A stretch of 64,000 nucleotides of DNA from the NCBI GenBank assembly GCA_002633005.1, contig NMRA01000065.1, positions 482,648 to 546,647 of the forward strand, in the 5' to 3' direction. Of this stretch, positions 1 through 13,582 are shown one piece after another. Numbering within the stretch: position 1 is the first letter of the stretch; each line of letters opens with the position of its first letter. A model generated the notes under the pieces. It was not told where the DNA came from, did not search any database, and saw only the letters and a list, made by a program, of their open reading frames with translations. A program made the position numbers and the translations under genes. Origin of the DNA: Phoronis australis (taxonomy: Eukaryota > Animalia > Phoronida).

Positions 1-122
1 GTAGTTTTGGTACAAACTTGAAGAAAATTACTAAAGCATAACCTTGATTTAACTTTTCAATAATTAAAAATGAATTGTCCACTAGACTGGTTCCAAAACT
101 GGAGATTTTACCAAAGGCAGTT

Positions 123-330
123 CGGGGTAAAGTTCACTAACGCTATGACCACGCTAAAAAATAAGATTTCACAAGATTACGTGAGCAGGGTAGAGTTCAG
201 TAATGCTAGGACCTACGCTAAAAAGCAAGACTTCGCGAGATTACGCGAGATATTGCTGTGTATTTCAAATGAGAGCACGATATTTTGGCTAGATTTTTCT
301 AGTCGCGAAACAGCTACTGAAATCTAGCCA
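123..330. repeat. Interspersed repeat with GCGAGATTACGCGAGA core; homologous copy at about 36103-36240
   Basis: Both loci share AAAAGCAAGACTT(C/T)GCGAGATTACGCGAGATATT..GTGTATTT..AAT.AGAGCACG. Similar GCGAGA-rich tracts lie near 34750-34830, 49050-49480 and 54300-54400. Confidence 0.55.
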
Positions 331-450
331 GGCCTTCTTAGTGGTCCCCGAGTTTGAGAACCTGGCACTGACTGTCGTTTCTTGAAACTGGTTATCAAAG
401 TCAGGAAACCACAAAAGGGACTATTGCTACACTTCGCAAAGAAAATGTAC

Positions 451-615
451 CTTTTCCTTCTCTGAAGTCTTTGACCTTGTGTTGGTAGTAGGCGTGGTAC
501 GGGTCGGCTGGGTTCAGAAAGTTGAACTTGGGGTTGTTGATCTCATTCTGTCTGATCCGCGTCTCAAACTCGGGGCCGTTACGGGCGACGAAGTTAGCAG
601 TCTTGTCAACAATGT
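451..615 (-). CDS. SF3A1: SF3A1 (SF3a120/Prp21) coding exon 2, first SURP/SWAP domain; gene continues beyond the left edge
   Basis: Hand translation (N)IVDKTANFVARNGPEFETRIRQNEINNPKFNFLNPADPYHAYYQHKVKDFREGK is nearly identical to the SF3A1 SURP1 domain as I know it. Bounded by acceptor AG (617-616) and donor GTACAT (450 downward). 165 nt, phase 1 at both ends. Confidence 0.95.
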
Positions 616-1179
616 CTTGGCAAGTTAAAGATGACTACTATGTCTAAATAATGATGTACAACTGAAGCCACAGACAGACTTAAATTGCAAATAAGATCAT
701 GGATTTCTTGTTACTGGTGTCCATCTAAGTTCCTGTGCTCTAAAGTGTATTCTAAGGAAAAGGAGGAACACTTGGTATCTTTATTCCACTTGACTTGTTA
801 CGCTGCTCTATTAAAACTACTACATTCAACTGTCTCCTGACAAAAACAAACTTTGGCGAAATAACTTCTGAATGCAACAAATGATTAACTTATGGAATTA
901 CATTTGTCTACATCATTGCACAAATCCTTACAGACCCCTATTGAAAAACAACCGCTTTAATTGTTTGTACACAGTAACCACAGCACTCTGACCACATTCT
1001 ACATAAAGTTAAAAATAAGTTTACACAATGTAACAAATTTAATCATCCTTGTACATAATGGTTTATTGCCCTGGAGTTTTTGTCATAGTTTGTGAAATGT
1101 CCACAAACAATCAAGTGCCACCGCCCTGCCTAGTCACTAATGTTCATCACAGATTCCACAAATCACAATGATACGGCAA

Positions 1180-1368
1180 AGCCAAAATGCCCAAAAGACA
1201 CAATACCCATAAGATACAATGCCCATAAGACACAATGCCCATAAGGCACAATACCCATAAGATACAATGCCCATAAGACACAATGCCCATAAGGCACAAT
1301 GCCCATAAGGCACAATGCCCATAAGATACAATGCCCATAAGACACAATGCCCATAAGATACAATACCA
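1180..1368. repeat. 16-bp minisatellite (CAATGCCCATAAGA[C/T]A)n, about 11 copies
   Basis: Direct reading. It explains the periodic spurious ORFs at 1137-1487. Confidence 0.9.
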
Positions 1369-1466
1369 GAGATGGCAAAATACCCATCAAACTTGGAACC
1401 ACGACTACCAATTAGTGAACTCTTGAACAGGCCATTCCTAATGCTGTAAAGACTTGCTCGAAAGAA

Positions 1467-2970
1467 AATTGTCCATTCACTGACCAAACCCCAACATATA
1501 TTTCGGTGGACTTTGCCCCCTTATTTAGACACCTTCCATTGTGCACACTGTTTTCGCCTGTATTCCCAGTTTACTTACCCCAAACTCTGTCCCCATGGTT
1601 CGGGCATGAAAAATTTTTCATTTCCATAACCGGCATAGCCTACTTTTTCTGACACGTGCCCCTAGCCAACTTCATGGCGAGCTCATGGGCATGACAAATT
1701 TTCTGTGTCCATGTTACTTCGTAACCTCAGCCTATTGGAAATGATGACACATAGGCAAGACTTTGAAAGCATTTCTAGAATCAAAATCAACACTGGAATG
1801 TCAAAAAAATTCCCTCAACTTTCGACATCTCTACTTTGAAGTCAAGGCCATGACAATAATATGAGCGGAGACGAGCACGATGCCGGCTAGTCAGTAAACC
1901 AACCCCTGAACAGGCAGGGATATTCCTGATCAGGTTTGATCGCATGCCCTTTGGGCGCACCTGCTGAAGAAAAGTGTGCCTTTTTTCAAAAAGTTGTGCC
2001 CAGCAGACTTAGTGTAATTGAAGTGGTAACATATGAAACAGCCAGAAACCCAAGAGCAATCGAAATAAGAACAAAGTCATGTTCATGTAAAAGTTTCTGA
2101 ATATTTATGGTAATTTACAATCAAATATTGGAAAACCTAAAGGGCCTGTTAACTTGCTCTCATTTTAGTGAATACTGCGACCTATATATTACATGACTGG
2201 CAGTAGGTTGACTAGNAATTGTCCATTCACTGACCAAACCCCAACATATATTTCGGTGGACTTTGCCCTCTTATTTAGACAACTTCCATTGTGCACAATG
2301 TTTTCGCCTGTATTCCCAGTTTACTTACCCCAAACTCTGTCCCCATGGTTCGGGCATGAAAAATTTTTCATTTCCATAACCGGCATAGCCTACTCCACTT
2401 TTTCTGACACGTGCCCCTAGCCAACTTCATGGCGAGCTCATGGGCATGACAAATTTTCTGTGTCCATGTTACTTCGTAACCTCAGCCTATTGGAAATGAC
2501 GACACATAGGCAAGACTTTGAAAGCATTTCTAGAATCAAAATCAACACAGGAATGTCAAAAAAATTCCCTCAACTTTCGACATCTCTACTTTGAAGTCAA
2601 GGCCATGACAATATTATGAGCGGAGACGAGCACGATGCCGGCTAGTCAGTAAACCAACCCCTGAACAGGCAGGGATATTCCTGATCAGGTTTGATCGCAT
2701 GCCCTTTGGGCGCACCTGCTGAAGAAAAGTGTGCCTTTTTTCAAAAAGTTGTGCCCAGCAGACTTAGTGTAATTGAAGAGGTAACATATGAAACAGCCAG
2801 AAACCCAAGAGCAATCGAAATAAGAACAAAGTCATGTTCGTGTAAAAGTTTCTGAATATTTATGGTAATTTACAATCAAATATTGGAAAACCTAAAGGGC
2901 CTGTTAACTTGCTCTCATTTTAGTGAATACTGCGACCTATATATTACATGACTGGCAGTAGGTTGACTAG
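1467..2970. repeat. About 750-bp tandem duplication (1467-2215 and 2217-2970) joined by a single N; probable haplotype/assembly artefact
   Basis: The copies differ by a few SNPs and one 5-bp indel, and N at 2216 lies exactly at the junction. Confidence 0.85.
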
Positions 2971-5268
2971 AATGTTGCATTTTTGGAAGAGTGTTGCGTT
3001 TTCAAAGATGCGCACTGCTACAATGTAGTTGCGCCTTTTTTATTTTTTATGCGCTAATGGTGCGGTCTAGGAATATCCCTGAACAGAGTTGGAAGTCCGT
3101 TCCCCACATCAAACATTAACCAGCATACGTCGAAATTACGATCATGTGAACACATAAATTTATGTACAGAAAAAATATGGCATATATAACTGCACAGAAA
3201 CCAAGCCCTTCGAAAGACCTCATTCACTTGCAAATTCGACTTCTCACTATTCTGTTGTCCCTCCGCCATTTTCAGCTTGTGAGTCATGAAATGAAGCATT
3301 CACTCGGCTCATTGGCTGGCATTCGTATCACTATTTACGATTAGTCATGACGTAATAGGGTCAAAATTTGAGGTTACAAGGTGGCAGACGATTTGACTCG
3401 GTGTTGATAGAGGAAGGTAAAGAGAGGTGAAACATAAGCCAAAGGCCCCTTCCCTAAATTAGGAGGATGTTTTTTTAATTTTTTTTTCAATGCCAATGTG
3501 TCATACGTTTTTGAAAAGCACAAGGTGTGATAAATGAAATGGTACAAAAATAATAAAAATTGGATTAGCGGTTACCGAGAAAATGGCCATTGAAATGCAA
3601 CGATTATACGTAAAATATCAGCCTATCTATATAATTTCGTAAAAACTAAAATATACATGTCAGGGTTTCCCCTTCGTGTAAAATTCTGGGCGTCCTGCCA
3701 CGCTCCTTTTTGGCACCGCCACTTGTAAATCACACTCAAATTGACCGCCACACACTTAATCGTGACAGGAAAACTTCATCGCCATGCAAAAATCTCTAGT
3801 AAAAATGATCGCTAGTAAAATGAATAGCAAGTAAAAATGATCGCTAGTAAAAATGAATAAGTACAAGTCACACGACACCATTCTCGGTTTGTGGCTCGTT
3901 AAACACAATCATTCAATCCCCAATTCCCTTTCGTACCTCGTTTCTGTCTGGTTATCCGACAATGCACATAAACTAATGCATCCGGGGACCAGGCAACGAC
4001 CTAGACACGAATTTTCTAAAATGGGAAAGCGCCAGGGCTCGCTAATGAAGTAAGAAACAGTAAGATTTCTGCTTCATTCATTTCATCGTGTCCGAGTTTA
4101 CAAAAGACATTGTGAATTATACTGCAGGGCGCGACTTCCAACTGTTTAATCAACCATAGCCCTGCGCCAAAAATGACGATATTGAATGTTAACCAGTCTC
4201 AGATTCGTCTGCATGGACTGGATTATACATCGTCTGCTACGCTGGCCAACGCCAATCTCCTATCACTGATTTATGTTTAGCAAGACTATGTCAACAGAAG
4301 TTTCGTTACACGAATTAGTTTATTATGTCAAAGTTCAAATATTTTTTGTTCTATTTTTTTCACTTCGTGGATAATTGAATTTAACACTGTTTTTTGTACT
4401 CAAGTGCAACAGAGATCACACTATGCTGGACACTGCCAATTTGTCTTGAGAAGTGTCATTTACCCAAATACTACCACTACATGATGCTCAGGTACAGGTC
4501 TTGTCTATGATGAGCAAACTTCATCCAATTACATCTAATTTTCAAATTTTGCCTGGGTAAGGTCTCCCAACGCCCCTGATGGGAGGATCTCACTTCATCC
4601 TAAGATCGCATGTGGCGCTGGGTTCCGCCATCCGCGTTGAGTATTCACCACCACGCTCCTTTCGAAACCCAGGCAATAGGGGGATCCCACTTCTCATATT
4701 CACCTACGGCAACGGTCTTTGCCCCCGTTTTGGCCATTTGCCACCACGTTCAAAACCAAGGGGAAACACTGCATGTACTTCTTATCAAAAGATTTGTCTC
4801 ATTGAGACAAACATGGTGGTATGTTTTATGTAATTTGGATCGTTTTCAACACAGATATTGCTGCTTAAGTGTGTTGTTAGCAGGATCGAGCATCAACCCC
4901 ATGTTTGATGAAAATAATGAATTACACAGCTTAAAGAGAAAAGAACAAAGAAAACACATAAGGTTAGAAATAAATATACCTGAGCTAGGAGGAAATTTCA
5001 CATCATACCACATGATAACTCGTTACAAAAAGATTACAAACTTACAAATAACGATTCATAACACAAAATTGTCTTATAATGAACCTTGAAGTCTGAATTC
5101 TGGTAATTTACCGATGTGGGTTTTATATGGAGGCAGATATGGAGCACCGTGACCTACTTTATGATTGTCCTCCCTACTATGCCTATGGCTATTATGGCTA
5201 TTAATGCTCATCAACACAACCCGGTTATGGATGCCAATACGGTCACACGCACACATCTACAAGGATAC

Positions 5269-5362
5269 TTCTAACTTCCGGTGGAGGGTAAATTATCCCA
5301 ACAGACGCTTTAGCCGGTGCCTCCTCTACTGGAGGCACCATCTGTACCTCCACTGCCGGCAT
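5269..5362 (-). CDS. SF3A1: SF3A1 coding exon 1
   Basis: ATG at 5362 gives MPAVEVQMVPPVEEAPAKASVGIIYPPPEVR plus 1 nt. Splicing to 615 rebuilds the conserved VGIIYPPPEVRNIVDKT in frame (A|AC = Asn). Confidence 0.93.
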
Positions 5363-5820
5363 CACGACTATTTACAACGCTTATAGCAGTTTTGAAAAGG
5401 CTTCTGAACGTTTCCAAAAAAGAAAGATGGCGACTACCTTTCCACCGTCAGTGGGCACTGCTTAATAAATATTTTCAACAGATCCCTATTTTCAGCAATT
5501 TTTCACCTTCAAAGTACAGAAAAATAATAAAAATATTTAAATAAAATTAACTCAAGCAAACTGTTGAGGATTTCAATAACTTCAACTGGTGCCTGTATTC
5601 GTCGCTAGGTGCGTTGGAGTACACTCTCGTGCCTTTCAGTGTCAGCTAGGTTCAGGGCGGTAAATTTTCTTGCCCGAGTTTTGTTACAAAACATTTTACA
5701 AGGAAAGCTTGCCTGTTCCGTCCTTTGTGTCTGTTTGTGTAGAAACGTATCTGAGCTTAACAGGTAATTGATCATCGACTGTACGTGCGGGGTTTGAACT
5801 GTGATTGTGACCAGGTAATT
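5363..5820. promoter_or_regulatory. Probable bidirectional promoter region (SF3A1 minus, PAQR plus) with a YY1-like motif and candidate plus-strand donors
   Basis: Lies directly upstream of the SF3A1 ATG. AAGATGGCG at 5424-5432; CAG|GTAATT donors at 5764 and 5815; the plus strand looks T/G-skewed downstream. Confidence 0.45.
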
Positions 5821-8800
5821 GACTGAGAGTGAGTGATCTGTGATGCAGTCTCGGCATGACGTGAGTTGTGACTTTGTAGTTTGTTAGTGTGTCACTGTGA
5901 TAACTGGTGACCTACGGTACTGTATTAAATCAGTCGCCAGAAGTTTTCATCTGAATGTTATTTCGTCGATTAACTCAAAAAGGTTGATATTTTCAGTTAT
6001 GAGGGTCACACTCTCAGTTGCCCAATTCCCCCCAATGCATTCTGTACTAGGCGACACCTAGCCCCTCTGTTGTTGGCTGGCTACAATACTTCCCATCGCT
6101 TTCTGTTACTAATTTCGTCCCGTGTATTGGAAACGGGTGGTAGGCAAAATCCGTTCAATGATTAAGAGTGTTTACCTTGTCAAAAATACGTTTTACTCTT
6201 AAAAAAGCGCATTTTACTTGCCTTTAAAGTTTATTTGAAGTGATCCTGTCTGCTGGCATATCTTTGATGAAGCATAGCTACGAGAATTAAGGTGACTTAA
6301 GTGAAGAATTCCACTTTTTTGGTCATCCACGACTGATTTTCATGGATATGCTCAAGTTAGGTTGACAAAATTGTATCCAGAGTCATGGTATGTGTTAATT
6401 GTAACTCCATGTGCATATATGCATATTTCGATTTTATTTGCTGTATTTCGAAATGAGTAACTTTTTATGGGGATGTACTGTCGCACATGTATGGCTGCAG
6501 CATTTAGGGTGATGTAACTGCCTAATTTTGCACCTGCTCACTACAGCGACATGTAAGAACCTTCCTTTGATTTCAACTCCAGACGACTGCAGCTTCCAAA
6601 TTGAGGTTAAACCCACATATCGATCTAGTCCATTGTTAAACATTCCCCTACTATTTTGTCTGGCATCACAACTCGCAGGCAAATTATCTAGCATGCTTCA
6701 TTAGATGAAGTGGCTTCAACCCAAATTTTGACCACTTACCACTGTAACAGTGGTTGCAACTTGTTCCTTAGTCAGATGAGAAGTGATTTATAGGTTTGAA
6801 AAGAACTGGGAGTTCGTCATTCCTTGAGACCATGGAAAACGTATAAATTCTCATTACAACCAACTTCCGTGTAGTTCGTGTTCCAGACAACACGGTCTTC
6901 AGAGGACTGATATCAATCTTTCTTTTGTTAATTGCCAGGGTCAGTCTTTTGTCTGATGTCTTGATGCAAACACCAATTATGCTGAATGAATACATCAATT
7001 TCAACATGCATCGATGAAAACTGTCGTCAACAAATCAAAACCCATCGTAACTCTTTGCATTTCATCAGTAAAAGAAGGGTTCTTTACCAGCTTTTCATGA
7101 CGACTTCAATTACAGAGGCCAAACACGTTAAAAAATTACCAGTTGCTGTCCGATACATTTCAACTAATTTCAGCCAATATTTTAGTGCCATGAGAACATG
7201 GGTAATGCCTGTAATTGCCCTTGTGCAACACAATAAGGGCTTAGGTCAACTTTTGTGATGTCAAGGTCATGGTCAGCATGAGCATGGCTGCAAAGGCTCC
7301 CATTTCAGTTGCACGTGTTCACTGATAACATAGACCTGTGGTAATCTGCTGTCACAATTTGTTTTCATGTTTATTTTGTATGCTAACTACACTCAAGTAT
7401 CATCTGTGTTTTGACTTTACGATAACTACTTTTGCTCTTACATTGAGTTACGTATTTTCTTAGATGGCTACATTAAAATTTTGCCCATTTAAAACATAAT
7501 ATGGTCCACACCAGAAACTTTACACTCTGATTTTTGTTAAAAGATAAGAAGCTCCAAACAAAGCTGTATCATTCATTTGAGAGAACTATACCATAGCTAC
7601 CATCTGACAATGTTTCTGAGAAATTGTGGGCCTCCATATGCAAATAGATGCCTAATTGAGAAATGAAAAACGGCCAATTTTGGCAATTATTTTTGTCTGA
7701 AATTGTTAAGATTCTACAAAAGCGTAAAAAGTAATGTATCATTTAGCAGATCATATTTCTTTAAACAGCAATGACAAACAAGGTGAGAATGTTGTATAGT
7801 CGGGCATTAACTACATTTTGGCGTAACTTTCATGGTCAGATGGCTATATACAGAGTTGTGGCTCTTTGGCTATGTTGCTGTCTTTTAATCCAGAGCGATT
7901 CCTAGTTGCATATTTTGATGTGCAGTCCTACAACTATCTGGCTGGCTAGGTATGATATGGATTGACCAGGGTGTGCCACTTAGAATTCAGACATTTGGCC
8001 TGTTAGACAGTTGACTAGATGAAACCCACTTTTTAGATGTAGTTAAAGTTTCAGTATTTAAATAGGCAGATTTGTTTGGAGCTTAGGTATGTAGATATTT
8101 CCTTCATAATCCTTTTGCAGTGGTTTACAAAATAGGCATTTATAAAATTGAATAAATCATCTTCTGGATTGTAACAAACGTCACTAATTATGAATATGAA
8201 AATCTAAGTACTGTGGAATCTGTTGCAAAAATTGTCACTTTTGAAGAGATGACAGCCCATAAACATGGTTCGTCACTCTACTTGGAATCCTGGATACCAA
8301 CAGTTACATGGTAATTCTTCAATAATATACAAAAACATTTGTCTAAATTGTCATTTTTCTGTTTTTCAAACATTGATTACTTTGCTGCTAATTATGAAAA
8401 CTGCCAAATGTTTTATGACATTTTCTTGGTAAAATCTTGGTGATTCTGTCTTAAAATTTTCTTAATATTTATTTTTGTTGACAAATTTAACAAAACAAAT
8501 CACTATCCGCGGCATTGTGTACAAAATAGGTGAATTATTGTATATTTCCATGGATACTTTCTGAAGACGAAATAAGAATTAGAAACTCCTAGTAATTTTT
8601 CTGTTACAAATAATAATCCTTTCGCGAATCCCATTGCTAGTTCATACATTGAGTAATTTACTTATTTCTCGCAAAATAATTTCCAAAACTGTAATTTTCT
8701 ATACCTCAAAGACATTTATTGTTGCTGAAAACAGGTTATAACATCTCATCAGTACAAACCAACCATGGTTAGTGGATTAGAAATTTCTTTATCTTTTTTG

Positions 8801-9825
8801 TTGAAAAATTCAACAAAAAAATTTTAGTTGTGTTACTTGTGTATCATATAGTGGGACAATCACTATACTTGTTATAGGCCTTGAACAACTGTTTTAACCT
8901 TCTCGAATATTGGCAACTATGGAATTGAACTCTTGGTAACTCATTCTTTCTTGACAGGATCTCTTCTGTCTGAGCTATTGAGAACCTATGGCTAGCATTG
9001 GCTGCATACCATTGTCATCTATAATGACGTGAACCATGAAACTTTTATACGCCTATGTTGTTGTCTCACAGCAACTGACTGAACATTATATGAATCGAAA
9101 CATTTTATGTGCTAAATTTCAAAAAAAAATTCGATTTTGAAAATGAAATTTTACATCAAATATGAATGGAAGAAAATAAGTATTTCACTTAATACCTACC
9201 TGTCTCTGATTTATAATAAGAATAGGATAACGCTTTAAGCAAAAAATGTTTGAAGGATGACCTTATCGTTGGAGCTGATTGTGTATATTTATGACTTACA
9301 GTAAAATCTGACCAATTTGTGTGATGCATTCCTTCACACAAAATTTGAAAACTTCTGGGTGCTTACAACATTGTAAAAAGAAAAGGGCAATTTTGGTAAT
9401 TAGTTTTGACCTGACATCGGTAAGATTTTATTGTCTGGATTACTATAATGAACGTTAAATCAGTTTATATAAGGCATTCAGAAAATTTTTATAAGACTGA
9501 CATTTTCTTGTTTTTAGTCGCAGTTTCTGATATTTCATAGTCCCATTCCATGTGGCTTAGGAGTAGTTATATTAAGCATATCTTCTAAGTCGTATGCACA
9601 CTACGAGCTACCCAAGAACAACTTGCTCTAGAACAACTAGCCCCAGTTCTGACGAGTGTCCACACTACCTACCCTGCACCATGCGACAAATATGGTGCAA
9701 AAATGGTTAAGAGACACCTCTGTGTGTATTAGTAACAAGGGCATGTAGCCAGTCATGACTCGTATCTTGTCTTCAGGTTTGCACTACTACGGTACTCAAC
9801 AGCATCTTTTTCACAAGTATCTTGA

Positions 9826-9961
9826 TCTAGGGTGACTGGTAGTGTGGACTAAATGGTACTTCGAATATGTCTAGGGTAACTGGTAGTGTGGACGAAATGG
9901 TACTTCCAATATGTCTAGGGTAACTGGTAGTGTGGACTAAATGGTACTTCCAATGTGTCTA
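9826..9961. repeat. 44-bp tandem repeat, 3 copies
   Basis: TCTAGGGTAACTGGTAGTGTGGACTAAATGGTACTTCCAATATG units start at 9826, 9870 and 9914. Confidence 0.9.
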
Positions 9962-12241
9962 TAGCTCTAGTCAGTTTTAACAGCTAGGCCATGGTTGTGT
10001 TCTGCCAGGCTTATTTGTTGGCAAGTTTGATCAGATTACAACTGTGTAACAAGGTTAGTAAATGATAAGTTAATAGTGCACCAGTACCCATACAACATTA
10101 GCTACATCCATTGCCTTAGATGTTAAAGATAAGTTTCCTAATGACTAGCTTGTTTGAGTCCATCCCCTGTTGCATCATGGTCATGTGAAATGAACCACAT
10201 ATGGGATAAGAAAGGAGAGGACCAGTTTTACCCAATTCTGGTTTATATTATTATTTGAGAGTGGGGGTTTCAGTCAATTATTCTCACATTAGTTCTGACA
10301 GTATCCTGATAAGAACTGGCACAGGTTTTTCTCTGTGCAAAATTGGTGGTTCAGTGACAAATTGATGGTTCAGTGACGGTAGTTTAAAATTATGGCATCT
10401 CAGGTCAAGAAGATGATCTAGATAATGTGCATGGTTTCTGGGTGTGGTGTTGCCAGGCAATAAATCCACCTTCCATCCTTATTTAGACCTCTTACTGTTA
10501 CCAAATGGGTCTTAAATTATTTCTTAGCCAAGTTCAAGATGATTTTAGGGCTTCAAAAGAACTGACTCTTTTTCATTGCATGAGTCCATGTTGACTGAGC
10601 AAGAAATAACAAGCTGATAGTTTTTACAAACCCAAAATTATTTCTCAAACAATTGGGAACACATTAGGACCAATTTTATAATGGTAATGGTATTGTGGAC
10701 AATTTTTTAAAGAACTTTTTTTCAGTTAAATTTGAACCTTTTTGTGTAGTTTGGAACTCCAAGTGAAACTTTTGTAGGGAAAAGACTTTTGTTGGGAAAA
10801 GGCATCTTGTCATTCGTGGTGAAAGTGCTCGTGAAAAACTCGCTCCGTGAGCAGGCACATCCCTTATAAACACCTTTTCTGTGGGAGTACTTGTGTTTTA
10901 CACAACAGGAAATTGAAACTCGATTGAAATTATAAAATTAATGTATGTTTTTGAAAGTCCATGTCCGTATGGTGAGGAATTAGTGGGCTTAGTTTTGGAA
11001 TAAATTGAACTGGCACCAAAAGTCCAAAATGTCCTAATTTGTGAAATGACAAGTCTCATAATATTGTAAACTCGTTGTATAGGTTTTCAAACTCGACGCA
11101 AGTAAGCCAAACTTATCATATCGACAAAATTCAACTTTGATGCAGTGACCAGTGGAGAGCACTGTGTACACCACATGGGGCTGGATTAACGCAACGGGCA
11201 TGCAGCAAGCAGGGAAATCTGTAGTCTATATCCTGACTGATTGCCAAGGTGAAAACAACACACCCAAGTCACTTCCTGTAGTTGTGATTGACTTGAGTAA
11301 TCTATATTTTATTAAATACTCATTACTGGTCTCCATGGCTGTGTGTATAATAACAATCCTGGGTGTCTGTGTAATAACATTTAAGGTCAGACAAAAATAT
11401 TGGTGTTTGTCTGAGCCATGTTTCTGTCTGTAAACTTCAAACCAACATGGTGGTAACTACAAGATGGACACAGTCAATTATTATTGGTGCAATGATTGGG
11501 ATTTTTAGTTAAGGTCTGGTGCTTGTTGCTTACTGGGCTTAAAACAATTAGCACAATTCTTCACTTGTTTCACACACTCACCTCACACCCAAAATTATTT
11601 GGAAAAATATTATTTTCCATAAATTATTTCTCACGAGGCTAGTTGCCCCACCTAATTGTGCATAGTCAATTTTGCACAGTCTTAGAAAATGTCAGCACTT
11701 GCAATATTGTCACATTTGTATTTTATTTTCCTGTCTCCTCGTTGGGGTGTTGAGGAGCCATTTACCATGCTCTTGAGCTAAATCTCACAAAAAATAATCG
11801 CTAAAATTGCCGTTTTTTATTATCAAGGTTTGTAACATTGTTGTGAATGCCCACAAATTCTCAAAACATTGTTAAGTCGTAACTATGGCACAGAACTTGA
11901 TCATGGAAAACCATTGACTCTGGGTGAGCTACATATCCTTCATGAAAAAATTGAGGAAACAAATTTTAATTATCGGTCATATTGTTTCATAAATTGGTGA
12001 GATTTTACTATAACATCCAAATTCAAAAACGACAGCTCAGCATTGTTTCGTGCCTGTGCCCGAGAGATATCTGACCTTTGCCCTTAATATTGCCAACTCG
12101 GGGAATGTGCCCCCCCCCCCCACCCCACCTTGGAGGCCCTCCTGCCATCAATATGACCTTCACCTTCGAGTTTTCTGGATACCCGTTCGCTAGATAATGC
12201 TAAGCATGTTAGTTTTTTCAGCGTAAAATCATACACTGTGG

Positions 12242-12413
12242 TCATGTTTGGCTAGTGATGGCTAGTAGTGGTAACTTGAGTGAAAATGAAATGTAGAGAA
12301 CAACTGTATCTATTAGTAGTATACATCACTGTCATGTTTGGCTAGTGATGGCTAGTAGTGGTAACTTGAGTGAAAATGAAATGTAGAGAACAACTGTATC
12401 TATTAGCAGTATA
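12242..12413. repeat. 89-bp direct duplication, 2 copies
   Basis: GTCATGTTTGGCTAGTGATGGCTAGTAGTGG... at 12242 and 12331. Confidence 0.9.
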
Positions 12414-12985
12414 TGTCATTGAGATGCAAAAAAGAACACATGGAGTTTGAAAGCCGTGATTTTTCGAATATTTGGACTCGATTTTGGTATCTTACTGATT
12501 GTACTACACATCAGTAAAAATACTTTGTTGGAAAGAAATTTCAAATCTGCAGCCATCCTCTCCGGTACCAGTTTATCAAATGCGAAAAACTTACTTTGGA
12601 TGTAAAATTTTGAATAAATAATAACTAAACATTGATAGTTTATCTGGCTGTAAAGTTTAATATTGGTACTTAATAATTTCAGTATTTCCTCTGTAAGCGG
12701 GTTCATTTTAAATCGAGCCTTTTCTTTTGTTTTGATCAAAGAGCAAATTGATTGTAACAGTGTTATTTAAAGCCTGACGATTACACTTAGCGCCACTTAT
12801 CATAGTTGATCAATAAAACTTCTGAGCTAGGTTTTATTTAGAGAGGAAATAGTTGTCGTCCAAGTACATCTGGTTATTTCTTTATGAAATCATTTTATTT
12901 TCCCTTCGCCATAGTCATGTAAACTCCACGTAGTACATTCTGGTCAAGTACACCAACCACGTGATTTCGTTGAACTCTTTCCTGC

Positions 12986-13582
12986 ACATACACAACTGTA
13001 GAGTACCAGTATTACATATACAACTGTAGAGTACCAGTATTACATATACAACTGTAGAGTACCAGTATTACATATACAACTGTAGAGTACCAGTATTACA
13101 TATACAACTGTAGAGTACCAGTATTACATATACAACTGTAGAGTACCAGTATTACATATACAACTGTAGAGTACCAGTATTACATATACAACTGTAGAGT
13201 ACCAGTATTACATATACAACTGTAGAGTACCAGTATTACATATACAACTGTAGAGTACCAGTATTACATATACAACTGTAGAGTACCAGTATTACATATA
13301 CAACTGTAGAGTACCAGTATTACATATACAACTGTAGAGTACCAGTATTACATATACAACTGTAGAGTACCAGTATTACATATACAACTGTAGAGTACCA
13401 GTATTACATATACAACTGTAGAGTACCAGTATTACATATACAACTGTAGAGTACCAGTATTACATATACAACTGTAGAGTACCAGTATTACATATACAAC
13501 TGTAGAGTACCAGTGTTACATATACAACTGTAGAGTACCAGTATTACATATACAACTGTAGAGTACCAGTATTACATATACA
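12986..13582. repeat. 28-bp near-perfect minisatellite (CAACTGTAGAGTACCAGTATTACATATA)n, about 21 copies
   Basis: Period of 28 confirmed (13021 to 13161 = 5 units). One variant unit near 13515; no spacers. Confidence 0.97.

Larger units (their letters stand above)
616..5268 (-). other. SF3A1: U12-type (minor) GT-AG intron of SF3A1
   Basis: 5' end GTATCCTT matches the U12 consensus RTATCCTT. 3' end TCTTTAACTTGCCAAG has a U12-like branch site (consensus TCCTTAAC) with the As at -11/-10 and no polypyrimidine tract. Confidence 0.88.

Noticed and set aside
6300-7300. Short minus-strand ORFs that might be a decayed transposase
   Set aside because: No motif I can name, so there is not enough support without a search.
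12986-13582. 28-bp repeats as a CRISPR array (likewise the 37-bp array at 46408-47176 and the 31-bp array at 39765-40015)
   Set aside because: Units are head-to-tail with no unique spacers, there are no cas genes, and the context is eukaryotic.
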